Origin: a virus
Lineage: Duplodnaviria; Heunggongvirae; Uroviricota; Caudoviricetes
Reading direction: 5' to 3' (one strand)
Length of the DNA: 14,286 nt
IMG/VR virus record: IMGVR_UViG_2711768074_000014
The position numbers and the translations under genes were made by a program. Below are positions 7,783 to 14,286 of this stretch, piece after piece. How positions within the stretch are numbered: position 1 is the stretch's first letter; the number at the start of each line of letters is the position of its first letter. Below the pieces are notes generated by a model. It saw nothing but the letters and a program-made list of their open reading frames with translations. It made no database searches and had not been told where the DNA came from.

Positions 7783-7806
7783 AGCGTCCTGTAGGGCGCT
7801 TTTTTG
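7783..7806 (+). terminator. Rho-independent terminator downstream of the orphan gene
   Basis: AGCGTCC-tgta-GGGCGCT, a 7-bp stem with one G:U pair and a 4-nt loop, followed by TTTTTT(G). Confidence 0.7.
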
Positions 7807-7888
7807 TTGCTAACGAATCATCCTGGACTTCATATGCCCCAGGCGGCTACTTCGTGGGCGTCCTGCCTGTTCGTTATCTTTGATATAA

Positions 7889-7917
7889 AATCTAACTTAA
7901 CTTAGTTATCATGACAA
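7889..7917 (-). promoter_or_regulatory. Candidate leftward early promoter (PL-like) with embedded operator-like CTTAG motifs
   Basis: On the minus strand: -35 TTGTCA (7917..7912), 17-nt spacer, -10 TAGATT (7894..7889). The spacer and flanks contain ACTTAACTTAGTTA, and CTTAG recurs at about 7950 and 7965, the same motif seen in the cI/cro intergenic region. Confidence 0.4.
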
Positions 7918-7970
7918 GAGAAAACACCAAACTTTTCTTGGTTCGGTGCCTTAGTTAGAGAAGAGAGGTC

Positions 7971-8597
7971 TTAGAGTTCGTATTGAACTCCTTTGACTAC
8001 ACCAATGATAAGGCAATTACCATTGATAGGGATGTTGGGATACCGAGGATTTAATGGCACTAAAAACTTTTGAGGGCCATCGATGACTAATTTTTTTACT
8101 GTAGCTTCGTTTGTTCCATCAAGTCGAGCGATGACTATTTTTCCATGACGAGGTTCTGCATCTGGATCTACAATCACTGTTGCGCCTTCTGGTATTGTTG
8201 GGAGGCCATTAGGGTTAGTCATGGAGTCACCTTTAACCTCTAATGCAAATGAGTTATCACCAACCTTTAATGATGTATCTACCCACTTGTCCACTTCACT
8301 AAACACTTCTGCTGCCCTGCACTCAGTAAACTGCCCAGCCTGAACCCACGATATTACAGGAACTCTGCGCATGTTTGTGACGAGTTTGCCTTCAAACTCA
8401 GCACCGTAAAGAATGTAATCTATTGACGTATTGAAGAACTTCGCTAATTTCGAAAGTGCCTCCCCGCCAGGGGTATTGATGTCTTTCTCCCAGTACCCCA
8501 CAGCAACGTCGCTTACTCCACAAAATTTACCCAATTCTTTCTGGGACGTTCTGGTAACTCTTCTCAGAGCTTTTATACGCTGACCAACCGTTTCCAT
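7971..8597 (-). CDS. cI: CI-type prophage repressor (208 aa): N-terminal XRE-like HTH plus C-terminal S24 (LexA-like) peptidase domain
   Basis: N-terminus METVGQRIKALRRVTRTSQKELGKFCGVSDVAVGYWEKD is an HTH; C-terminus ...ALEVKGDSMTNPNG...GATVIVDP...HGKIVIARL...ATVKKL has the GDSM serine and a downstream lysine. Divergent from cro. Confidence 0.88.
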   Translation of the reverse strand: METVGQRIKALRRVTRTSQKELGKFCGVSDVAVGYWEKDINTPGGEALSKLAKFFNTSIDYILYGAEFEGKLVTNMRRVPVISWVQAGQFTECRAAEVFSEVDKWVDTSLKVGDNSFALEVKGDSMTNPNGLPTIPEGATVIVDPDAEPRHGKIVIARLDGTNEATVKKLVIDGPQKFLVPLNPRYPNIPINGNCLIIGVVKGVQYEL

Positions 8598-8694
8598 AGG
8601 AGCACCATTTCTTTAATCGCTAAGTAATCTTAGTTTTTATTGACCAAAGATAGATTTGTAATTAGCATCTAACAAAACTTAGTTTGGAGGGCGT
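8598..8694. promoter_or_regulatory. Immunity-region operator/promoter (OR with PR, and probably PRM)
   Basis: Inverted half-sites CTAAG-taat-CTTAG (8620..8633), and further CTTAG/CTAAC motifs at 8661..8685. Rightward promoter candidate TTGACC (8640..8645), 17-nt spacer, TAGCAT (8663..8668). GGAGG lies 4 nt before the cro ATG. Confidence 0.6.
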
Positions 8695-8895
8695 ATGACA
8701 ACTGACGATATCGAAAGCTACTTCGGCAGTATTGAGAAAGTTGCTGCTTTTTTCGGCATAACAACTGAAGCCGTTTATCAGTGGCGAAACCGTCCGGGCC
8801 AGTTAATTCCAAAAGGACGTGCAGCAGAAGCTGCATATAGAACTTGCGGACGGTTGCCATTTAAACCTGAGCTTTATGAAAAATCTAATGGATAA
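8695..8895 (+). CDS. cro: Cro-like small HTH regulator (66 aa)
   Basis: Small ORF divergent from cI with a good SD; sequence ...SIEKVAAFFGITTEAVYQWR... is HTH-like. Confidence 0.7.
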   Translation: MTTDDIESYFGSIEKVAAFFGITTEAVYQWRNRPGQLIPKGRAAEAAYRTCGRLPFKPELYEKSNG

Positions 8896-9484
8896 ATCGA
8901 TTAACAGAAACCACAGAACGATGAGGCTAACCGTGGGTAAGCATCACTGGAAAGTAGAAAAACAGCCTGAGTGGTACGTGAAAGCTGTCAGAAAAACTAT
9001 CGCAAAGTTGCCGGGTGGTTACGCTGAAGCAGCTGACTGGCTGGATGTAACAGAGAACGCATTATTTAACCGCCTTCGTGCCGATGGCGATCAGATTTTC
9101 CCGCTGGGATGGGCAATGATTTTGCAACGTGCTGGTGGAACTCACTTCATTGCTGACGCAGTGGCGCAGTCTGCAAATGGCGTCTTTGTGTCTCTTCCTG
9201 ACGTCGAGGATGTGGACAACGCCGATATTAACCAGCGCCTGCTGGAAGTCATTGAACAGATCGGCAGTTATTCAAAACAGATTCGTTCAGCAATTGAAGA
9301 CGGTGTAGTGGAACCGCATGAGAAGACAGCAATTAACGACGAGCTGTACCTCTCAATTTCGAAGCTGCAGGAGCATGCAGCACTGGTCTACAAAATTTTT
9401 TGCATTTCAGAAAGTAATGACGCCCGCGAGTGTGCAGCTCCGGGCGCCGTGGCGTGTCGTGACTGTGGAGAAACTAACGCATGA
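8888..9484 (+). CDS. CII-like phage regulatory protein (198 aa; CP76-type by recollection)
   Basis: Start ATG 8888 overlaps the cro stop by 8 nt, in the position lambda cII occupies. The upstream extension of the track ORF (8819..) overlaps cro and is rejected. Family call is from memory only. Confidence 0.5.
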   Translation: MDKSINRNHRTMRLTVGKHHWKVEKQPEWYVKAVRKTIAKLPGGYAEAADWLDVTENALFNRLRADGDQIFPLGWAMILQRAGGTHFIADAVAQSANGVFVSLPDVEDVDNADINQRLLEVIEQIGSYSKQIRSAIEDGVVEPHEKTAINDELYLSISKLQEHAALVYKIFCISESNDARECAAPGAVACRDCGETNA

Positions 9485-9839
9485 ACAGTTTAACAACACA
9501 CTACCGTCGCTCGCAACTGATTGCGCTTCCTGTACCGGGTGGAAAAGCGAAGGTGGAGTATTGCTATGCAGTAAATGTACCAGGTGACAGGGAAATTGTA
9601 ACCCACAGCTTTGCAGAGTGGGCTGTGGGTGATTTCAACCGGCAGAAGGAGACAGTCCTTTGCGACAAGTTAACCGCTGGTTCAAAGATCACTACGGAGT
9701 GCCCGTCAGAGTCATTCGTTGGGAGCCGGAAACACAACGTGTTATCTACCTCCGCGAAGGCTATGAGCATGAGTGCTTCAGCCCGCTCGAACAGTTTCGT
9801 CGTAAATTCAGGGAAATAGAGGTCGGTCATGAGCACTAA
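9481..9839 (+). pseudogene. Small phage gene, apparently frameshifted (N-terminal part in one frame, protein-like C-terminal part in the -1 frame)
   Basis: ATG 9481 overlaps the upstream stop as ATGA. That frame stays open to 9819 but becomes Ser-rich and low-complexity. The -1 frame from about 9633 reads ...[61 protein letters not shown] and ends at TAA 9837..9839, overlapping the next gene's ATG. Confidence 0.4.
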
Positions 9840-10770
9840 ATTAACCGGCTATGTATGGGATGGTTGCGCTGCATCAGGCATGAAATTATCCAGCGTGGCA
9901 ATTATGGCCCGCCTGGCTGATTTCAGTAATGACGAAGGTGTGTGCTGGCCATCAATTGAAACCATTGCCCGCCAGATTGGCGCGGGGATGAGTACCGTCA
10001 GAACGGCTATCGCACGGCTGGAAGCAGAAGGCTGGTTAACGCGTAGGGCGCGTCGCCAGGGTAACCGCAATGCGTCGAATGTTTATCAGCTTAACGTTGC
10101 GAAGCTTCAGGCAGCGGCATTTTCTCAACTGTCAGATTCTGACCCGTCAAAATCTGACGCATCAAAATCTGACCCGTCAAAATTTGATGCGTCGAAATCT
10201 GGCAAAAAAGCGGGTTTTCACCCGTCAGAATCTGGTGGGGATCCGTCAGTAAAATCAAAACATGATCCGTCAGATAAAAAAACTTCTCGTCCGGACGCTT
10301 CGCAACCGGACACGCAGACGGCTGAACAGGATTTTTTAACTCGCCATCCTGATGCGGTTGTATTCAGCCCTAAAAAGCGCCAGTGGGGGACGCAGGATGA
10401 TTTGACCTGCGCACAGTGGCTCTGGAAAAAAATCATCGCCCTGTACGAGCATGCCGCCGAATGTGACGGCGAGGTGGTTCGTCCCAAAGAACCGAACTGG
10501 ACAGCCTGGGCAAACGAAATTCGCCTGATGTGTGTGCAGGATGGTCGTACTCATAAACAAATCTGCGAGATGTACAGCCGCGTCAGTCGCGATCCGTTCT
10601 GGTGCCGTAACGTGCTCAGCCCGTCGAAGCTGCGGGAAAAATGGGATGAGCTTTCCCTGCGCTTATCGCCGTCCGTCAGCACGTACACCGAAAAACGCGA
10701 AGACCCGTACTTCAAAGCCAGTTACGACAACGTGGACTACAGCCAGATCCCGGCAGGATTCAGGGGGTGA
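9829..10770 (+). CDS. Phage replication initiator (O-like, 313 aa) with N-terminal HTH and origin iterons inside the gene
   Basis: N-terminus ...LSSVAIMARLADFSNDEGVCWPSIETIARQIGAGMSTVRTAIARLEAEGWL is a winged-helix DNA-binding domain. The middle encodes DPSKSDASKSDPSKFDASKSG from tandem DNA repeats. Sits right of cro/CII as in lambda. Confidence 0.75.
   Translation: MSTKLTGYVWDGCAASGMKLSSVAIMARLADFSNDEGVCWPSIETIARQIGAGMSTVRTAIARLEAEGWLTRRARRQGNRNASNVYQLNVAKLQAAAFSQLSDSDPSKSDASKSDPSKFDASKSGKKAGFHPSESGGDPSVKSKHDPSDKKTSRPDASQPDTQTAEQDFLTRHPDAVVFSPKKRQWGTQDDLTCAQWLWKKIIALYEHAAECDGEVVRPKEPNWTAWANEIRLMCVQDGRTHKQICEMYSRVSRDPFWCRNVLSPSKLREKWDELSLRLSPSVSTYTEKREDPYFKASYDNVDYSQIPAGFRG
10133..10203 (+). 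repeat. Iteron array, probable replication origin (ori)
   Basis: Five repeats of a ~15-bp unit (ccg)TCAAAATCTGAC starting at 10133, 10147, 10162, 10177 and 10192; further degenerate copies and A-rich tracts follow up to about 10290. Confidence 0.7.
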
Positions 10771-10772
10771 TC

Positions 10773-11261
10773 ATGAGTCTTTTGAATGACGTTCAGAAAT
10801 TCATTGAAGCCCATCCGGGGTGTACTTCCGGAGACATTGCGGATGCTTTTGCAGGTTACTCACGACAGCGCGTTCTGCAGTCAGCAAGCAAGTTACGTCA
10901 GAGTGGGCGTGTGGCTCACCGTTGTGAAGGGGATACACGCAGACATTTCCCGCGGCTGACTGAGATACCGCAGGAGCCGGAACCGCAACCAGTTCGTGAA
11001 TCCAGACCTGTGCGCAATTTCTATGTCGGCACTAACGATCCCCGGGTGATTTTGTGCCTGACCCGCCAGGCGGAAGAACTGGAGTCCAGGGGCTTATACC
11101 GTCGTGCTGCAACGGTGTGGATGGCGGCATTCCGTGAAAGCCACTCCCAGCAAGAGCGAAACAATTTTCTTGCGCGTCGTGAGCGGTGTTTACGGAAAAG
11201 CAGCAAGCGCGCTGCATCGGGTGAAGAGTGGTATCTGTCAGGGAATTACGTGGGGGCTTAA
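10773..11261 (+). CDS. Hypothetical protein (162 aa) with a PerC/Pch-like C-terminal region
   Basis: ATG 10773 with AGGGGG 5 nt upstream. C-terminus ...LESRGLYRRAATVWMAAFRESHSQQERNNFLARRERCLRK resembles the PerC-family motif as I recall it. The track ORF begins 6 nt earlier at a GTG. Confidence 0.5.
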   Translation: MSLLNDVQKFIEAHPGCTSGDIADAFAGYSRQRVLQSASKLRQSGRVAHRCEGDTRRHFPRLTEIPQEPEPQPVRESRPVRNFYVGTNDPRVILCLTRQAEELESRGLYRRAATVWMAAFRESHSQQERNNFLARRERCLRKSSKRAASGEEWYLSGNYVGA

Positions 11262-11914
11262 TGAGTAATAAATATTGCCAGGCGCTGGTGGAGCTGCGGA
11301 ACAAACCAGCCCATGAACTGAAGGAAGTGGGCGATCAGTGGCGCACGCCGGACAACATTTTCTGGGGAATTAACACCCTGTTTGGCCCGTTTGTTCTGGA
11401 TCTGTTTACTGATGGTGATAACGCCAAATGCGCCGCGTATTACACTGCGGAAGACAACGCGCTGGCGCATGACTGGTCAGAACGTCTTGCGGAGCTTAAA
11501 GGTGCTGCCTTTGGTAATCCCCCGTACAGCCGCGCCAGTCAGCATGAGGGGCAATACATCACCGGCATGCGTTACATCATGAAGCATGCCAGTGCCATGC
11601 GTGATAAAGGCGGGCGCTATGTTTTCCTGATCAAAGCTGCCACCAGCGAAGTTTGGTGGCCGGAAGATGCAGACCATATTGCTTTTATTCGCGGGCGTAT
11701 TGGTTTTGAACTGCCAGCCTGGTTTATCCCGAAGGACGAGAAGCAGGTGCCGACAGGCGCTTTCTTCGCTGGTGCTATTGCTGTTTTCGACAAGACCCGG
11801 AAGGGACCGGCAATCAGCTACATCGGGCGCGATGAACTTGAGGCATGTGGTGAGGCCTTTCTGGCGCAGGTTCGCCAGCAGGCGGAAAAACTGGTCAGGG
11901 AGATGGCGGCATGA
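11261..11914 (+). CDS. Phage N6-adenine DNA methyltransferase (Dam-like, 217 aa)
   Basis: Catalytic motif GNPPYS (the NPPY signature of N6-adenine MTases). ATG 11261 overlaps the upstream stop as TAATG, with GGGGG as SD. Confidence 0.8.
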   Translation: MSNKYCQALVELRNKPAHELKEVGDQWRTPDNIFWGINTLFGPFVLDLFTDGDNAKCAAYYTAEDNALAHDWSERLAELKGAAFGNPPYSRASQHEGQYITGMRYIMKHASAMRDKGGRYVFLIKAATSEVWWPEDADHIAFIRGRIGFELPAWFIPKDEKQVPTGAFFAGAIAVFDKTRKGPAISYIGRDELEACGEAFLAQVRQQAEKLVREMAA

Positions 11915-12237
11915 CGACGTTAACTCAATGCCAGCAGCAGGTGCTGGATATGCTGATTTCTTACCAGCAAGAACGTGGCTTTCCGCCAACCAATCAGGAG
12001 GTGGCAACCATGCTGGGATACCGTTCGGTGAATGCAGCGGTGGAGCATCTTCGCGCACTGGAGAAAAAAGGCGTCATCACGATAAAGCGTGGCGTGGCCC
12101 GGGGGATAACTCTTCATACCGCGGTGAAGGACGACGACAGCGAGGCGGTCGGGATTATCCGCGCACTGCTTGCCGGTGAGGAAAACGCCAGGCTGCGTGC
12201 AGCCCACTGGTTACATGAGAGGGGCCTGAAAGTATGA
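11911..12237 (+). CDS. LexA-like protein consisting only of the N-terminal DNA-binding domain (108 aa)
   Basis: MTTLTQCQQQVLDMLISYQQERGFPPTNQEVATMLGYRSVNAAVEHLRALEKKGVITIKRGVARGITL aligns by eye with the LexA N-terminal winged helix. No S24 peptidase domain follows. Start overlaps the upstream stop as ATGA. Confidence 0.7.
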   Translation: MTTLTQCQQQVLDMLISYQQERGFPPTNQEVATMLGYRSVNAAVEHLRALEKKGVITIKRGVARGITLHTAVKDDDSEAVGIIRALLAGEENARLRAAHWLHERGLKV

Positions 12238-12623
12238 AGCTGATCTTGCCTTTCCCGCCCAGCGTGAACACGTACTGGCGACACCCCAACAAAGGGGCGT
12301 TTGCTGGTAAGAGTCTGATAAGCGCAGCGGGGCGCAAATTCCAGAGCGCGGCGTGCGCAGCAATAGTTGAGCAGTTACGTCGTCTGCCGAAACCAACGTC
12401 GGCACCTGCTTCAGTGGAGATCGTGTTGTTTCCTCCGGATAACCGGATCCGCGATCTGGACAACTATAACAAGGCGCTGTTTGACGCCCTGACCCATGCG
12501 GGTGTGTGGGAAGACGACAGTCAGGTGAAAAGAATGCTGGTGGAGTGGGGACCGGTTATCCCGAAAGGGAAGGTCGAGATCACTATCAGTAAGTACGAGA
12601 AAACGGCGGGTGCAGCCGCCTGA
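12234..12623 (+). CDS. rusA: RusA-family Holliday-junction resolvase (129 aa)
   Basis: MKLILPFPPSVNTYWRH... and ...DLDNYNKALFDALTHAGVWEDDSQV... are RusA hallmarks. ATGA overlap with the previous gene. Confidence 0.85.
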   Translation: MKLILPFPPSVNTYWRHPNKGAFAGKSLISAAGRKFQSAACAAIVEQLRRLPKPTSAPASVEIVLFPPDNRIRDLDNYNKALFDALTHAGVWEDDSQVKRMLVEWGPVIPKGKVEITISKYEKTAGAAA

Positions 12624-12642
12624 TCAAGAGGAGAAACGAAGT

Positions 12643-13248
12643 ATGAATAATCTGATGGTCATTGATGGTATTGAAGTTCGTCGTGATGCTTATGGGCGTT
12701 ACAGCCTGAACGATCTGCATCGCGCAGCAGTAGCATCTGGTGCAAATGCCAGAACCAAGGAGCCGGGAAAGTTTCTTTCCAGCCAACAAACTGTTGAACT
12801 TGTTCATGAATTGACCAACACCCAGAATTTGGGTGTTGACCCGGTGAGTGTGATTCATGGGGGAAATGAACGGGGAACGTATGTCTGCAAGGAACTGGTG
12901 TATGCCTATGCAATGTGGATCAGCCCGTCATTCCATCTGAAGGTGATCCGTACTTTCGATATGGTAACCAGCGCACCGGAAAAATTATCCGGACAGGCTG
13001 CTGACAAGATGCAGGCTGGCGTGATCCTGCTGGACTTTATGCGCCGGGAGTTAAACCTGTCTAACTCTTCAGTGCTTGGTGCCTGTCAGAAACTCCAGGA
13101 GGCTGTTGGCTTACCGAATCTGGCACCGCGCTATGCCATTGATGCTCCTGCTGATGCACACGATGGCTCAAGTCGCCCGACACTGTCACTGAGTGCACTG
13201 CTGAAACAGTATGGTATACGCCTGACGGCTAATCAGGCATATCACTAG
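12643..13248 (+). CDS. KilA-N domain protein (201 aa)
   Basis: ATG 12643 with GAGGAG upstream. N-terminus MNNLMVIDGIEVRRDAYGRYSLNDLHRAAVASGANARTKEPGKFL matches the KilA-N pattern. Confidence 0.65.
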   Translation: MNNLMVIDGIEVRRDAYGRYSLNDLHRAAVASGANARTKEPGKFLSSQQTVELVHELTNTQNLGVDPVSVIHGGNERGTYVCKELVYAYAMWISPSFHLKVIRTFDMVTSAPEKLSGQAADKMQAGVILLDFMRRELNLSNSSVLGACQKLQEAVGLPNLAPRYAIDAPADAHDGSSRPTLSLSALLKQYGIRLTANQAYH

Positions 13249-13452
13249 ATGGTGAAACTGGGGATCGTCGAGCAGCGCGAACGATACAGCCGTACAGCGA
13301 TTAACAACATCAAAAAATTCTGGTCGCTGACAGCGAAAGGTTGCATGTTCGGCAAGAACATCACCAGTCCCGCAAATCCGCGCGAGACACAGCCGCATTT
13401 CTTCGAATCCCGATTCCCTGAGCTGTTAAAGCTGCTCGATACCGTTCATTGA
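13249..13452 (+). CDS. Small hypothetical protein (67 aa)
   Basis: ATG directly after the upstream stop and ending where the next gene's SD begins. No recognisable SD or domain. Confidence 0.3.
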   Translation: MVKLGIVEQRERYSRTAINNIKKFWSLTAKGCMFGKNITSPANPRETQPHFFESRFPELLKLLDTVH

Positions 13453-13459
13453 GGTGACC

Positions 13460-14286
13460 GTGAGAGCACTACTGACCCCTGAAATTGCCCCGCGTATGGG
13501 GATCGTATTGTTCAGGCCAGGTTCAGAGCTGATGCCCCTGTTTATGCAGGGGCGTGTCCTGCTGGAGCCTGAGCCGGAACGTTATTCATCTTTCGCCAGT
13601 GGTGCCGTTCCGGCGGCATCACAACCGCTGGCGGATGATCCTGCCGTTCGGGCCGTGTTCCGCAATGAGGCAGTGATCCGTCGTGCTGGTGGCGTGGAAT
13701 GTCTTGAAAGCTGGTTACTTCGTGAAAAAGGCTGCCAGTGGCCTCATTCCGACTGGCACAGCGAGAACATGACCACAATGCGACACGCTCCGGGTGCAAT
13801 CCGTCTGTGCTGGCACTGCGATAACCAGCTGCGCGATCAGTTCACGGAACGGCTGGAATCAATGGCAACGGATAACTGTGCCCGCTGGGTGTTGTCTGTT
13901 GTGCGTCGGGATCTCGGTTTTGATGACAGTCACGTTGTGACAATGCCGGAACTGTGCTGGTGGCTGATTCGTAATGACCTGGCGGATGCCTTACCGGAAA
14001 GTGCAGCCCGTAAGGCACTGAGATTACCGAAGCCTGTTGTGCCGTCTGTTACCCGGGAAAGTGACCTTGTGCCTTCGGTTCCTGCCACCAGCATCATCCA
14101 GGATAAGGCGAAAAAGGTGCTGGCGCTGAAAGTGGATCCGGAGTCGCCGGAGTCTTTTATGTTACGCCCAAAACGTCGCCGCTGGGTTAATGAAAAGTAC
14201 ACGCGCTGGGTTAAGACACAGCCGTGTGCATGTTGTGGAAAGCCTGCTGATGATCCCCACCACCTGATAGGTCACGGTCAGGGTGG
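13460..14286 (+). CDS. DUF968-like (YdfU-like) nin-region protein, 3'-truncated by the window end
   Basis: Frame open from GTG 13460 (GAGG 5 nt upstream) to the window end, about 275 codons by hand translation. Contains CWHC and ...KTQPCACCGKPADDPHHLIGHGQG... Cys/His clusters. Not in the ORF track because no stop falls inside the window. Family call from memory. Confidence 0.55.
   Translation, partial: MRALLTPEIAPRMGIVLFRPGSELMPLFMQGRVLLEPEPERYSSFASGAVPAASQPLADDPAVRAVFRNEAVIRRAGGVECLESWLLREKGCQWPHSDWHSENMTTMRHAPGAIRLCWHCDNQLRDQFTERLESMATDNCARWVLSVVRRDLGFDDSHVVTMPELCWWLIRNDLADALPESAARKALRLPKPVVPSVTRESDLVPSVPATSIIQDKAKKVLALKVDPESPESFMLRPKRRRWVNEKYTRWVKTQPCACCGKPADDPHHLIGHGQG

Larger units (their letters stand above)
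2740..14286. mobile_element. Lambdoid prophage integrated at the 3' end of argU (left part only; continues beyond the window)
   Basis: A tyrosine integrase sits immediately downstream of the tRNA, followed by xis, an early-left operon, a divergent cI/cro immunity region, replication and nin-like genes. The attL coordinate is approximate because the other att copy is outside the window. Confidence 0.85.

Noticed and set aside
8669-8860. 63-aa minus-strand ORF
   Set aside because: Antisense to cro and spans the operator region.
8819-8887. Upstream extension of the CII-like ORF
   Set aside because: Overlaps cro by 77 nt; the ATG at 8888 gives the usual short overlap with the cro stop.
9564-10070. 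Minus-strand ORFs 9564..9836 and 9849..10070
   Set aside because: Antisense to the small gene and to the O-like gene's HTH domain.
10133-10203. CRISPR-like array
   Set aside because: The repeats are 15 bp, contiguous with no spacers, and lie inside a coding sequence; they are replication iterons.
10070-10789. ORFs 10070..10252 (+), 10218..10487 (-), 10336..10560 (-), 10532..10789 (+)
   Set aside because: Alternative frames or antisense within the O-like initiator; the first is the iteron DNA read in another frame.
11021-12463. Overlapping ORFs on both strands (11021..11304 -, 11258..11470 -, 11382..11582 +, 11477..12058 -, 11667..12179 +, 11920..12207 -, 12155..12463 -)
   Set aside because: Antisense or alternative-frame artefacts of GC-rich coding DNA; the sense-strand genes have recognisable motifs (NPPY, LexA wing, RusA).
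12586-13398. Minus-strand ORFs 12586..12858, 12659..12913, 13186..13398
   Set aside because: Antisense to the KilA-N gene and the following small gene.
13542-14202. Minus-strand ORFs 13542..13799 and 13930..14202
   Set aside because: Antisense to the long open plus-strand DUF968-like frame.

Overview
This window reads as an Escherichia coli-type chromosomal segment: the end of a chaperone-usher fimbrial operon (sfm-like) with the convergent response regulator fimZ, then tRNA-Arg(UCU) (argU), then the left ~11.5 kb of a lambdoid prophage integrated at the tRNA 3' end. Gene names rest on my recollection of protein families and K-12 gene order and lengths; no database search was run. The prophage runs leftward from the immunity region through a yfdP-Q-R-S-T-like early module to xis and int. 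Rightward it carries cro, a CII-like regulator, an O-like replication initiator with internal iterons, a PerC-like regulator, a Dam-like adenine methyltransferase, a LexA DNA-binding-domain-only protein, RusA, a KilA-N protein and a DUF968-like gene cut by the window end. The most unusual region is 6760-7970, between the early-left operon and cI: a GC-rich, hairpin-dense non-coding block, two tandem 34-bp repeats, and an AT-rich rightward orphan gene (coiled-coil plus C4 zinc ribbon) with its own terminator. That is the position where lambdoid phages carry exclusion or defence cargo, and it is my best candidate for an undescribed system. Also notable are a likely premature stop in the usher gene, a probably frameshifted small gene at 9481-9839, and the absence of any recognisable helicase loader or recombination genes.
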